64,000 bases of DNA from Candidatus Latescibacterota bacterium (GCA_965261395.1 OZ253462.1:544001-608000); one strand, 5' to 3'; positions 20,219-29,018 are shown, numbered from the stretch's first letter. Made by a program: numbers and translations. The notes: a model not told the origin generated them from the letters alone.

Positions 20219-21487
20219 TTATTTTATCTGGACTTCGTCCAAGTGCAGGTAGTCTTTCACATCCGAGATGATTACCTCGTCGCCTTCGATTAATCCCTCC
20301 TCCACCTCGTAGTACTCGAAATTGGCAATGCCGATGCGCACCTCGGTCTTCACTGCGGTTTGGCCGCGCACCACAAAAACCTCGTGCAGGCCCGCCCGCC
20401 CGCTGATGAACGGCCCCCGCTTGAGGCGCAGGGCGCGGTCCTTGCGCGCGGTGACGATATAGGCGTCCACCCGCTGGTTGGGCCGCAGCAGCGCGTGCGC
20501 TGAATCCTCTAGCTCGACCGCAAGCTGGATGATCCCACCTTCGACCGTAGGCAGGATGCGGGCGATGTGGCCCTTTACGTATTCTTCCTCATTAATGCGC
20601 AGGCGCACCCACAGCCCGGTCTGGAGCCGGCGGGCGTGAATGTCGGAAACAGTGACATCGACGCGGAATGAGCTGAGGTCGGCGATGCGGGCGATTTCCT
20701 GGCCTTGGCTGATGGAAGCGCCGACTTCCGGCGCAATCGCGGTGAGCACGCCATCTCTATCGGCGCGGATGTGGGCGCGCTCCAAGCGACGGCGGGCCTC
20801 CTCGACCTCGCGTTCGAGGATATTCATTTCCAATTGCAGGGCTTCCAACTGCGCCTGAGTGGATTCGACGAGGTTGCGGCGGTCTGCTTCGAGTTGCTGC
20901 AATTCAATCTCAGCGCGCTGTTCTTGCAGGTGCGCTTGGCTCAACTCTTCCTCGGAAACCGCGCCAAAACCCTGTAACTCGCGGAGCTGCGCGGTGCGGG
21001 TCTTAAAACGCTGAAATTCCAAGTCTTTCAACCGCCAGCGCGTGTCTAGGTCGCTCAGCTTTTTGCGTTCGTCCAATTCGAGTTGGGTGCGGCGATTCTG
21101 CTTGAGGGCCAGTTCTTCGGCCCGTTTCTCGACATCGAGCCGCGCTGCGTTCAAGTCCAGTTCGACGATGGGCTGTCCCTGCTGCAACATGGCTCCCGGC
21201 TTTTGCAGGATGCGCACTAGCCGCGTATTGACGGGGCTAAAGATGATCTGCTCGAACTGGGGTACCACCGTGCCCGAAGCGGTAATCGTCTCTTCCACCG
21301 CGCCCCATTGCACCTGCGCGGTGCGAATGCGGTCGGGGTCCAGCGCCGGCCTGATCCAACTGGGCAACCAAACAGAGAGCCAGAGGAGCGCAGCCACTCC
21401 CACCACCGAATAGGCAATGCGTTTGCCGCGCTGCCGTCTCAGGAAGGTCGGATCTACTGGGCGATCCATTGTATTCATGGGTTTCAT
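20219..21487 (-). CDS. Efflux periplasmic adaptor (HlyD/MacA-like)
   Basis: N-terminal TM, 'TITASGTVVP', long coiled coil, 'GLIEGDEVIISD'. Confidence 0.9.
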   Translation of the reverse strand: MKPMNTMDRPVDPTFLRRQRGKRIAYSVVGVAALLWLSVWLPSWIRPALDPDRIRTAQVQWGAVEETITASGTVVPQFEQIIFSPVNTRLVRILQKPGAMLQQGQPIVELDLNAARLDVEKRAEELALKQNRRTQLELDERKKLSDLDTRWRLKDLEFQRFKTRTAQLRELQGFGAVSEEELSQAHLQEQRAEIELQQLEADRRNLVESTQAQLEALQLEMNILEREVEEARRRLERAHIRADRDGVLTAIAPEVGASISQGQEIARIADLSSFRVDVTVSDIHARRLQTGLWVRLRINEEEYVKGHIARILPTVEGGIIQLAVELEDSAHALLRPNQRVDAYIVTARKDRALRLKRGPFISGRAGLHEVFVVRGQTAVKTEVRIGIANFEYYEVEEGLIEGDEVIISDVKDYLHLDEVQIK

Positions 21488-21510
21488 ACCTCCGCTTGTC
21501 CATTACCTAC

Positions 21511-21525
21511 GCAAGTTCCGTGCCA
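21511..21525 (-). promoter_or_regulatory. Sigma54 -24/-12 promoter
   Basis: Minus strand reads TGGCACGGAACTTGC (TGGCAC-N5-TTGC), just upstream of the adaptor gene. Confidence 0.9.
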
Positions 21526-21579
21526 ACGCGACAAATGGTTGTTTTTACTCAAGTTATATTTTTAGAGACAAAGCATTTT

Positions 21580-21616
21580 CGTCCGCTTTTGAACACTCAC
21601 TGTTCATTTTCGGACA
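21580..21616. promoter_or_regulatory. Candidate upstream activator sites for the NtrC-family regulator
   Basis: CGTCCG-N4-TGAACA (21580-21595) and inverted TGTTCA-N4-CGGACA (21601-21616), separated from the promoter by an AT-rich tract. Confidence 0.55.
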
Positions 21617-21644
21617 GTCGTCCGGAATGGGGAGGGCGTAAAAA

Positions 21645-21670
21645 AGGGCACCCACAAGGGGTGCCCCTAC
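21645..21670 (-). repeat. GTAG-type REP palindrome, possibly also the terminator of the PhyH gene
   Basis: Minus strand GTAGGGGCACCCCTTGTGGGTGCCCT followed by a T run. Confidence 0.65.
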
Positions 21671-21702
21671 AGACACAATGAGAAACGAAATCGGTGCGGA
21701 AC

Positions 21703-22506
21703 CTATTCGGACCGGGCGACCCAATGGCGGAACAAGGGCTGGACCGGGGCGGGCAGCTCGGCGAAAACACCGGCGGGCAGCGACGGCACGGCGTTTTCCT
21801 TAATGCCGGTTTCTTCGGACAAGCGTCGGCGCTCGTCGGAACCGGGGCGCAAGACCTCGACATTGAGCCACCAGGGAGCGTAGCGCACAACTACAGAGGT
21901 GCGTGGTTGGTGCGAGCGGTTGGGCGCGGTCGCGTGCCACAGGCGGCTGTCGAGCACGAGCACGCTGCCGGCTGGACCGCAGGCGTTTACTTCCGTGGGA
22001 TAAGGGGCCAGCGGATCGACGCCATTGTCGCCGGTGGGGTTGTTCGGGGACCGGTGGCTGCCGGGGACTAGCAGGGTGCCGCCGTTTTCCTCGGTAAAAG
22101 GGGCCAGCATCCACAAGGTGGTCAAGTGGACCGTCGCATCGGGATACGGCGCGGGGATATGGCCGGCGTTGTTCTGGTTGAAGGGCCAGTCGGCGTGCCA
22201 GCCGCCGCGCTCGTTGCCCGGGTGGTTGATCGTGCCGGTGGTGAAGGATATGCGCGGATGCGGCCCCAGCATTGCGCCGACCAAGGCGAGGAGATTTTCA
22301 TCCGCGAGAAAAGGCGCAAAGGACTGGTCGAAGTTGATCATGCCCGGCAAATGGCCAATGCCGGGTGGAGCTACGGGATTGCGGTGCGCTGCAACCGTGG
22401 CCTCGACGCTGCGGCGCACGCGCTCAATCTGGTCGGCTGGGATGACGCCTTCGACCACGCACCAGCCGTCTAGTTTTAGGTGCAGAAGTAGTCGTTCTAA
22501 TTGCAT
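21703..22506 (-). CDS. Phytanoyl-CoA dioxygenase (PhyH) family 2OG-Fe(II) oxygenase
   Basis: 'WHADW', 'NGGTLLVPGSH', 'RLWHA'. Confidence 0.9.
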   Translation of the reverse strand: MQLERLLLHLKLDGWCVVEGVIPADQIERVRRSVEATVAAHRNPVAPPGIGHLPGMINFDQSFAPFLADENLLALVGAMLGPHPRISFTTGTINHPGNERGGWHADWPFNQNNAGHIPAPYPDATVHLTTLWMLAPFTEENGGTLLVPGSHRSPNNPTGDNGVDPLAPYPTEVNACGPAGSVLVLDSRLWHATAPNRSHQPRTSVVVRYAPWWLNVEVLRPGSDERRRLSEETGIKENAVPSLPAGVFAELPAPVQPLFRHWVARSE

Positions 22507-22650
22507 AGCTCACTCCCTGTCATCGGCTATATATAATAGAATAGACTTTTGTCGGGGGCGAGCGGCAAGAGAGTAGCTTGACAGTGAAGGGGTGGTCGTG
22601 GAGTTTGGAGCCGGTGTAGAGCGCATGTCAATTTTTTTGGGGACTGGCGG

Positions 22651-23514
22651 ATGAGTATGGAAGGGGCACCGCCCCTCTGGTTAGTGCTGCCGCTGCTGAT
22701 GGAATTCGGCTTTGGGCAGGTGTTCAAATGGGCCACGCAACAGCGTTGCTACGCCCCGACCGTGGTATCGACCAACTATTGGGTCCTATCTTCCATTCTG
22801 CTGCTCTATCTGGGATTCACCGGACAATTGCACATACCGGCCGCAGCAATAAAGGTCGGCGCAATCACCGGCGCGGTCTTCATCAGCTCCATGCTGTTGA
22901 TGACGCGCTTGTTGCGGACCTTTCGCGTGGCCTCGGTGTTGACCGCTTTCCGGTTGGCCATTGTCGTGCCGGTGGGGCTGGGCGTACTGCTGTGGGATGA
23001 GCCGTTGGGCGGCCTCCAGCTATTGGGATTGGGCTTGGCGTTAGTGGCCGTTTTGTTGATGTCGCGGCACGCTGGGCACCATACCAATGTTCCGCGCTGG
23101 ATCGCCACGGCGCTGCTGATCTTGGTTTTCGGTATCCAGGGGATGAGCACTTCCTGTCTGCGCTGGGTGCATTACGCCGGCTTGGACGATGCGTATTTAC
23201 AAGTGCTCATGGTCATCGGCTTTACCGCTGGGACCATTGGGGCCACTGTGTTGTTGTGGGAGGCGCGGCAGCGCATTCGGCGCTTCGATCTGGCGGTGGG
23301 GGCTGGCATCGGAGTGTACAATCTGCTCGCCTTAATGGCCGTGCTGATCTCGCTCAAGCACGTGCCGGGCACGGTATTTTTCCCATTGGTGGGCTGCGGC
23401 GTCGTCATTTTGGACAATGTGACGGCACCGCTGTTGTGGAAAGAGCCGCTCAGTCGGGCGGCCGTTTTGGGCGTGGGCGTGGGCGTGCTGGCGGTAATTT
23501 TGGTAGTTCAATAA
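22651..23514 (+). CDS. DMT/EamA-family transporter
   Basis: About 10 TM helices in two repeats ending 'LWDEPL' and 'LWKEPL'. Confidence 0.8.
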   Translation: MSMEGAPPLWLVLPLLMEFGFGQVFKWATQQRCYAPTVVSTNYWVLSSILLLYLGFTGQLHIPAAAIKVGAITGAVFISSMLLMTRLLRTFRVASVLTAFRLAIVVPVGLGVLLWDEPLGGLQLLGLGLALVAVLLMSRHAGHHTNVPRWIATALLILVFGIQGMSTSCLRWVHYAGLDDAYLQVLMVIGFTAGTIGATVLLWEARQRIRRFDLAVGAGIGVYNLLALMAVLISLKHVPGTVFFPLVGCGVVILDNVTAPLLWKEPLSRAAVLGVGVGVLAVILVVQ

Positions 23515-23539
23515 AACTAAGCGACGAGGAGTGTGAATT

Positions 23540-24679
23540 ATGAGTAAGCGCTACAAAGCCGGAGTCATCGGGCGCACGGGTGCCGGCGACTATGGCCACG
23601 GGCTGGAAACCGTTTACCGGGACTTGGAGCAAGTGGATTTAGTCGCTGTGGCCGACCCCGATCCCGAGGGCCGCGCCGCAGCCGGCGAGCGCACGGGTGC
23701 CCAGCGGCTCTACGCCGATTACCGCCAGATGCTCGCCGACGAGGACTTGGACATAGTCAGCGTCTGTCCGCGGATGCCCGACTGCCACGCCGACATGGTC
23801 ATCGCCTGTGCCGAGGCCGGGGTGCGCGGCGTGTTTATCGAGAAGCCGCTGACGCCCTCTCTGCGCGAAGCCGACGCTCTGTTGGCGGCCTGTCAGGAGC
23901 ACGGCGTCAAGACCGCGGTGGCGCACCGGCGCGCCAATCCCTACGAGCAGTACGGCAAAAAGCTGGTTGACGAGGGCGTTATCGGCCAGCTACAAGTGCT
24001 GCGCAGCCACGGCAAGTCCGACCACCGGGCTGGGTCTCAGGATCTGATGGTCTTGGGCACGCACATGATGGACAGCATGCGCTACTTTGCTGGGGCCGAG
24101 GTGGCTTGGGCCCACGGGCACGTCACGCAGGATGGGCGCGAGGTGACGTTGGCCGATGTGCGGGAAGGGGACGAGCGCATCGGCTTGATCGCCGGCAACG
24201 GGGTGGCGGCGTACTACGTTTTTGCGAACGGAGTGACCGCGCATTTTGAATCGCAACCGGGCTATCCAAAAGGGCACAACAGCCGTTGGTTCGGTTTTGA
24301 GGCACACGGCAGTGAGGGCATCATCGCCCTGCGCAATTCGCCCAACGGCGAGATGTACATCTATCGCCAAGGCTTGTGGATCCCCGGCGAGGAAAACGGC
24401 ACTTGGGAACGGGTGTTGTTGGACGAGTGGGAACAATACTCGGCGGGCGAGCGCACGCACCAGAGCAATTTGATCATTGTGCGCGAATTGATCCAAGCCA
24501 TTGAGGAGGATCGCCCGGTGCGGGCCTGTTCCAGCGGCGAGGACGGGCGAGCGGCGCTGGAAATGATCATGGCGGTACACGAGTCGCAGCGCTTGGGCAC
24601 GCGGGTGTCTCTGCCTTTGGCGAATCGGGAGAATCCTTATGAGATATGGCGGCGGCAGGATGGAGAGAAGGCGACATAG
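23540..24679 (+). CDS. Gfo/Idh/MocA oxidoreductase
   Basis: 'VAVADPD', 'LYADYRQML', 'FIEKPL', 'GTHMMD'. Confidence 0.9.
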   Translation: MSKRYKAGVIGRTGAGDYGHGLETVYRDLEQVDLVAVADPDPEGRAAAGERTGAQRLYADYRQMLADEDLDIVSVCPRMPDCHADMVIACAEAGVRGVFIEKPLTPSLREADALLAACQEHGVKTAVAHRRANPYEQYGKKLVDEGVIGQLQVLRSHGKSDHRAGSQDLMVLGTHMMDSMRYFAGAEVAWAHGHVTQDGREVTLADVREGDERIGLIAGNGVAAYYVFANGVTAHFESQPGYPKGHNSRWFGFEAHGSEGIIALRNSPNGEMYIYRQGLWIPGEENGTWERVLLDEWEQYSAGERTHQSNLIIVRELIQAIEEDRPVRACSSGEDGRAALEMIMAVHESQRLGTRVSLPLANRENPYEIWRRQDGEKAT

Positions 24680-24928
24680 GCGTTTGTCGCTTGCCAGAGA
24701 AATGTACATTAGGTGTGTTGACTCTCGGAAGGACCGTGCTATCTCAAGTTATTGCAAGGAGTTACGTAGAATATCCCAACCTCGCGGTATTGGTTGCGAC
24801 TGTTTACGCGGATACGTACCTTCGGGTCAGATGGGGATAATTACCCGAATCAATTGTTCGGGTACGAATAGTTAAGCGAACCTAGGTTATAATGACGGGT
24901 ATATAAGGCCTAATAAAGGAGCCAATAT

Positions 24929-26248
24929 ATGACTGCTGAAGTCCTGATTATGAATCGGAATGGAATCGCCCTAGCAGCAGATAGTGCAGCAACTATAACA
25001 GACGGAACAGAGTTTAAGAAAATCTATAACTCTGCTAATAAGCTATTTGCTTTATCAAAATGTCATCCCGTTGCTATCATGGTATATGGTAGTGCTTATA
25101 TTATGGGCATTCCTTGGGAGACTATTATAAAGGGATATCGACGTGAGTTGGGTGATACCAATTTTCCTACAGTAGCAGATTACGGTCAAAATTTCAGAAC
25201 ATATCTTCAAGAGAAAGCATGTGATCAAGAATCCTATTCTTCTTATGTACGCCAACAGTCAAAATTCTTAATATCTAACATCTTGTTAGAAGTAGATGAA
25301 AAGGTAAAAAATATAATCGAAGGAGAAGGTGACATTACAATAGATCAAATTCAAGAACTCCACAAAGAGGCTATTGATCGGAATTATAAAAATATTAAAT
25401 CCATACAACAGTCCGCAAAGATCGAGACATCTCAAGTCAAGTCATCTATTGATAAATATAGACAAGAAATTAAAGACCTCTATAATAGTTTAGCAGGTGC
25501 TCGTCCAATACTGCCACAACAAAAACGAAAGATTGTAGAGTCGGCTATCCTGTTTTCCATATTCCATCCAGGTCTTTCAAAAAGTGGAATTGTAATAGCT
25601 GGATTTGGAGAGGATGAGAAATTTCCTCATGCTATATCTTGGGAAATTACAAAAATAATTGATAGATTAGTAAGTTCCGAACAAACTTATGACCGAAAGA
25701 TAACTATTGACGTCAATGCTGTCTTACAAGCATTTGCAGAGAGAAACGAAGTCGATTCATTTATGAAAGGTTTAAGTACCAGATTTTCTAACTTCCTAAC
25801 AGATGATCTTGGTAATGTGTTTACGAGCGATTTTGGCAACAAGATCGCTACAGCTTTAGCAGAAGACGGTGAAGTGGATCCCCAAAAACTCGATAGCATA
25901 GGAAAAAAGATAACTACTGTTGGCCAAAATATATATGAGTCTATTTTAAATCAGATATTTGATATTTCTCTAAAGGAATTCTCTAACCCAGTTCTAGAAG
26001 CAGTCCGTTTCTTCACTCCAATTGAAATGGCTAACATGGCTGAGACACTTGTTGACTTAGAATCATTTCGAAATCAAGTGACTCTTCGTAGTGAAATAGT
26101 TGGGGGACCTATTGATGTTGCTGTTATTACTAAAGGCGACGGATTTATATGGATAAAACGAAAACACTATTTCCAACCTGAACTCAACCATCAGTTCTTC
26201 TACAACTACAATCAACGAAAGGCAAACGATGGAAACGAAGACGATTAA
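24929..26248 (+). CDS. Ntn-hydrolase / proteasome-beta-like protein with putative Thr1 nucleophile and large insertion
   Basis: 'MTAEVLIMNRNGIALAADSAAT', 'NKLF', C-terminal 'VGGPIDVAVIT'; AAAGGAG RBS; AT-rich. Confidence 0.65.
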   Translation: MTAEVLIMNRNGIALAADSAATITDGTEFKKIYNSANKLFALSKCHPVAIMVYGSAYIMGIPWETIIKGYRRELGDTNFPTVADYGQNFRTYLQEKACDQESYSSYVRQQSKFLISNILLEVDEKVKNIIEGEGDITIDQIQELHKEAIDRNYKNIKSIQQSAKIETSQVKSSIDKYRQEIKDLYNSLAGARPILPQQKRKIVESAILFSIFHPGLSKSGIVIAGFGEDEKFPHAISWEITKIIDRLVSSEQTYDRKITIDVNAVLQAFAERNEVDSFMKGLSTRFSNFLTDDLGNVFTSDFGNKIATALAEDGEVDPQKLDSIGKKITTVGQNIYESILNQIFDISLKEFSNPVLEAVRFFTPIEMANMAETLVDLESFRNQVTLRSEIVGGPIDVAVITKGDGFIWIKRKHYFQPELNHQFFYNYNQRKANDGNEDD

Positions 26249-26372
26249 AAATATGCAAGAATATTATGCGATGATACGCACAAAACCTCCTAAAAAAGGA
26301 GTTAATAAATACGCTGAAATAGGTAAGCAACTGGGATTAGTTGTTACAAAAGGGCCAAAGGAACTCAAGTAA
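26229..26372 (+). CDS. Small basic protein (47 aa), not in the ORF track
   Basis: METKTIKNMQEYYAMIRTKPPKKGVNKYAEIGKQLGLVVTKGPKELK; overlaps the upstream gene end; AAAGG upstream. Confidence 0.45.
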   Translation: METKTIKNMQEYYAMIRTKPPKKGVNKYAEIGKQLGLVVTKGPKELK

Positions 26373-26395
26373 AACCTACGCCTTACTTGAGTTCC
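26360..26395 (+). terminator. 13-bp perfect hairpin
   Basis: GGAACTCAAGTAA / TTACTTGAGTTCC with a 10-nt loop; no T tail. Confidence 0.45.
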
Positions 26396-26401
26396 AGATT
26401 C

Positions 26402-26445
26402 GCTTAACATCCCATTGACGCAGCGCTGCCATACGGCGGCTGGGG
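26402..26445 (+). other. Truncated attC-like site
   Basis: R'' GCTTAAC is the exact reverse complement of GTTAAGC at 24871-24877; residual hairpin GCTGCC/GGCGGC. Confidence 0.5.
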
Positions 26446-26450
26446 TCGAA

Positions 26451-27380
26451 GTGGACCTAAACATTGCAGTCCGGTCACTCATCACGATGGCGGCACCGGA
26501 GCGGAGCGACGAGATCGCAGAACTCTGGAGTCGGTACTCGCCATCATTTGATGAAGCTTCCGACAGCGGTAGATTCCACATGGAAGCAGGACCGTTTGGG
26601 CTCGTGCTCCTCACACCAAGATCAATGTGGATCTCTTGGCTGCTGACGCACGAGGCATGGGCTACATTGGACTGCTATAGTACGATGCTGGTGCTGCTGG
26701 ATCTCTCTAAGGAATCAGTCCGGGCGAGTTTTGGGGTTCGTCTTCGTGCACTTGTCGACCAAGTGGATGTGGAGAGGCAGGTTGATGACATTGCACAGAA
26801 GGTGGATGAACTCAGATCCGGAGTAGATCTGCGCGACTTTGAATGGTCAAGAACCGTACCAATCCCATCTATCGATCGGCCTAAGGAGACGTTGAGAGCA
26901 GCACAGCACGATCTCTCTTGCTTGTTGCTGGCCGTAATGTTTCTCCACGAGGTTCGCCATGTTATGGAGCGAGATGAGGCCGAAGAGCAGCTCTCCTCAA
27001 TTGAAAGGGAGCACCGCTGTGACGCATTTGCTCAGGATTTTCTCATGGAGCGCCTCAGTAGCTACGCTCAGCGTGAGGGCTATGACAAGAGTAAGGTCGC
27101 CTCAAAGAGAGCTATCGCACTAGGTATCTGGTGCTACGCTATTCACAGAATTGTGGGAGAACATGAGTCAGAGTCGCATCCGCCGCCAAGCGCCAGACTA
27201 CGGAGGATGTTGTCGGCGCTAGAACTTCCACCATATGATAAGTTCTGGATAGTCATGGCATCATTGCTCGTCAACCAACTACGAGCTTCGAATTATCTCC
27301 CTGCTAGTGTGAGTTCAACCTCACTGAGTGACCTTGTGTGTGAACTTCTTGAGATAGTTGAAGGCATTGAAGGTGGTTGA
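26451..27380 (+). CDS. Phage exclusion protein Lit-like metallopeptidase (peptidase U49)
   Basis: 'FLHEVRHV' HExxH, 'EHRCDAFA', 'SHPPPSARL'; start 26415 or 26451. Confidence 0.7.
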   Translation: MDLNIAVRSLITMAAPERSDEIAELWSRYSPSFDEASDSGRFHMEAGPFGLVLLTPRSMWISWLLTHEAWATLDCYSTMLVLLDLSKESVRASFGVRLRALVDQVDVERQVDDIAQKVDELRSGVDLRDFEWSRTVPIPSIDRPKETLRAAQHDLSCLLLAVMFLHEVRHVMERDEAEEQLSSIEREHRCDAFAQDFLMERLSSYAQREGYDKSKVASKRAIALGIWCYAIHRIVGEHESESHPPPSARLRRMLSALELPPYDKFWIVMASLLVNQLRASNYLPASVSSTSLSDLVCELLEIVEGIEGG

Positions 27381-27393
27381 ATGAGATGGCGTT

Positions 27394-27590
27394 GCCTAGC
27401 ATGTGATTGAGCCGACAGTGTTGACAGTTGTTCCGAAGCTTTGTGCTCGTTACCTCAACCACTGAGTGACTCAGCGTTGGTTCACCGTGTTGGCTTGGCG
27501 CATCTGAGCCGATAGTGACTCCGCCCGCAGGTTTCCACCCCGCATACGCGGGGTCGTATATGGGTAGCCGTTATACGCAAACAGTTAGGT
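27394..27590 (+). other. Degenerate or fused attC-like region
   Basis: GCCTAGCATGTGATTGAGCCGAC resembles an attC left arm; CCCCGC-ATAC-GCGGGG hairpin; GTTATAC (27570) and GTTAGGT (27584). Confidence 0.5.
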
Positions 27591-27647
27591 TCGTAGACTC
27601 ATAGACTATCTGTGCAGGTATTAGGCAGAGCTGTCAGGAGATGCCAA

Positions 27648-28073
27648 GTGAAAGATCAGCTAGATAGCGTAAGATGTTTTCATGAGGTGTTCCAGGGATA
27701 TATGGAGCGCACGCCCACTGCAATGGTGCCTGCGGAGATAAGCGAAGGGCGTACCCAGATGTTTTTGGAGGAGCTAGAAGAGTATCGAGCGGCCGTGAAT
27801 AACCACGACATCGTCGAGATCGCAGACGCCCTTACAGACATGCTTTACGTACTGCTGGGTACGTTCATCACGCATGGTTTGCAGGACATCGCCGAAGAGC
27901 TCTTTAATGAAGTCCACCGCAGCAACATGAGCAAGCTAGATGAGCAGGGTAAGCCAATATTCAGGAGGGACGGCAAAGTATTGAAGTCAGATCAGTTTTC
28001 AGAACCAGATTTGCGATCGATCATAGCGAAGATTGGTCCAGTTGAGTCAGAAGGCATGGAGGTCACGGGATGA
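27648..28073 (+). CDS. MazG-like all-alpha NTP pyrophosphohydrolase
   Basis: 'EELEEY...EIADALTDMLYV', 'EVHRSNMSKL', 'DGKVLKS'; AGGAG RBS. Confidence 0.85.
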   Translation: MKDQLDSVRCFHEVFQGYMERTPTAMVPAEISEGRTQMFLEELEEYRAAVNNHDIVEIADALTDMLYVLLGTFITHGLQDIAEELFNEVHRSNMSKLDEQGKPIFRRDGKVLKSDQFSEPDLRSIIAKIGPVESEGMEVTG

Positions 28074-28294
28074 ATGAACGAATCATAATCGATCCCTCGA
28101 TCCGTCATGGCAAGCCGGTGATTCGGGGGACCCGAGTGCCAGTGCACCGAATTATTGGGAGCCTCGCAGGAGGGGCAACCCCAGAAGAAGTCTGTGAGGA
28201 ATATGGCATTACCGACGCGGATATAGGGGCCGCTCTTGAGTACGCGGAGGAACTCGTGGAAGCAGAAGAAGCTCATCCCCTACCTGCGTCCTAA
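28070..28294 (+). CDS. DUF433 antitoxin
   Basis: 'RIIIDPSIRHGKPVIRGTRVPV...EEY..ITDADIGAALEYA'. Confidence 0.92.
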   Translation: MNERIIIDPSIRHGKPVIRGTRVPVHRIIGSLAGGATPEEVCEEYGITDADIGAALEYAEELVEAEEAHPLPAS

Positions 28295-28300
28295 GTCGGT

Positions 28301-28395
28301 TTGCAATTCATCATCGACGCTGATCTTCCTCGCACTGTAGCCGGTGTGATATGGCCTATAGTATTGAAATCGCGGTTTGAGGATTAGGCCCAATC
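28301..28395 (+). pseudogene. DUF5615 PIN-like toxin remnant
   Basis: TTG-start QFIIDADLPRTVA stops after 28 codons; out-of-frame 'LRIRP' resembles the family C-terminus. Confidence 0.65.
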
Positions 28396-28404
28396 GCACA
28401 TCTC

Positions 28405-28493
28405 GCAACAACCTGTTGCCGCTGCGCCGCGTTCGCGCCTTGGCCTTCGGCAACCCGCTACGCGGCTTCGCAAACCGGAATACGCTATGTGCC
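28405..28493 (+). other. Degenerate attC-like site
   Basis: Shares GCGCCTTGGCCTTCGGCAAC (28435-28454) exactly with 53679-53698; ends GCTATGTGCC. Confidence 0.6.
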
Positions 28494-28559
28494 ATGACCA
28501 CCGCTTTCTGCGATGAGACAGGCCGCTGCCAGTTCGCTTCTTCCGTACGACGACAGGGC

Positions 28560-28610
28560 GTGAGCCGGTTGGCACGATCCAGACTAACGATGCTCCGGGA
28601 GGCACGATGA
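28560..28610 (+). pseudogene. C-terminal remnant of a RelE/Gp49-like toxin
   Basis: 'LARSRLTMLREAR-stop' with ATGA overlap into the antitoxin. Confidence 0.45.
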
Positions 28611-28885
28611 AAAGACATGTCGGCAGCAGCTTTGATGAGTTCCTCACAGACGAGGGCCTTCTCAGTGAAGCAGAGGCAACGGCCGTCAAACGCGTTATTG
28701 CCTATCAGTTGAGTCAGTTCATGGCGGAAAACAAGCTGTCCAAATCGGCGATGGCCAAGCGCATGCAAACCAGTCGGTCAGCGCTGGATCGTCTGCTTGA
28801 CTCGTCCAATCCCTCCGTAACGCTACAGACCATGGACCGCGCTGCTCGGGCTCTGGGCAAAAAGCTCCGCATCGAGCTGAGCTGA
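28607..28885 (+). CDS. XRE/HigA-like HTH antitoxin
   Basis: 'HVGSSFDEFL..EG', 'MAKRMQTSRSALDRLLD', 'VTLQTMDRAARALG'. Confidence 0.88.
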   Translation: MKRHVGSSFDEFLTDEGLLSEAEATAVKRVIAYQLSQFMAENKLSKSAMAKRMQTSRSALDRLLDSSNPSVTLQTMDRAARALGKKLRIELS

Positions 28886-28928
28886 TTTCGCCTAGGGATC
28901 CGTCTTGTAGGCCATCGCATTTTTTCAC

Positions 28929-29018
28929 GGCACATAACACATCGGCGTTGCGCTTCGCCGCCTTTCAGGCACCTTGGCCTTTCGGGCAACGGCCACAAGG
29001 GCCGTTCGTGTATGGGCA
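28929..29018 (+). other. Degenerate attC-like site
   Basis: GGCACATAAC is complementary (9/10) to GCTATGTGCC at 28484; contains GCACCTTGGCCTTTCGGGCAAC. Confidence 0.6.

Noticed and set aside
24774-24877. Complete attC or attI upstream of the Ntn cassette
   Set aside because: GTTAAGC and an 8-bp hairpin (24842-24864) are present, but the left end and L-box pairing are unconvincing, so only the right core site was used.
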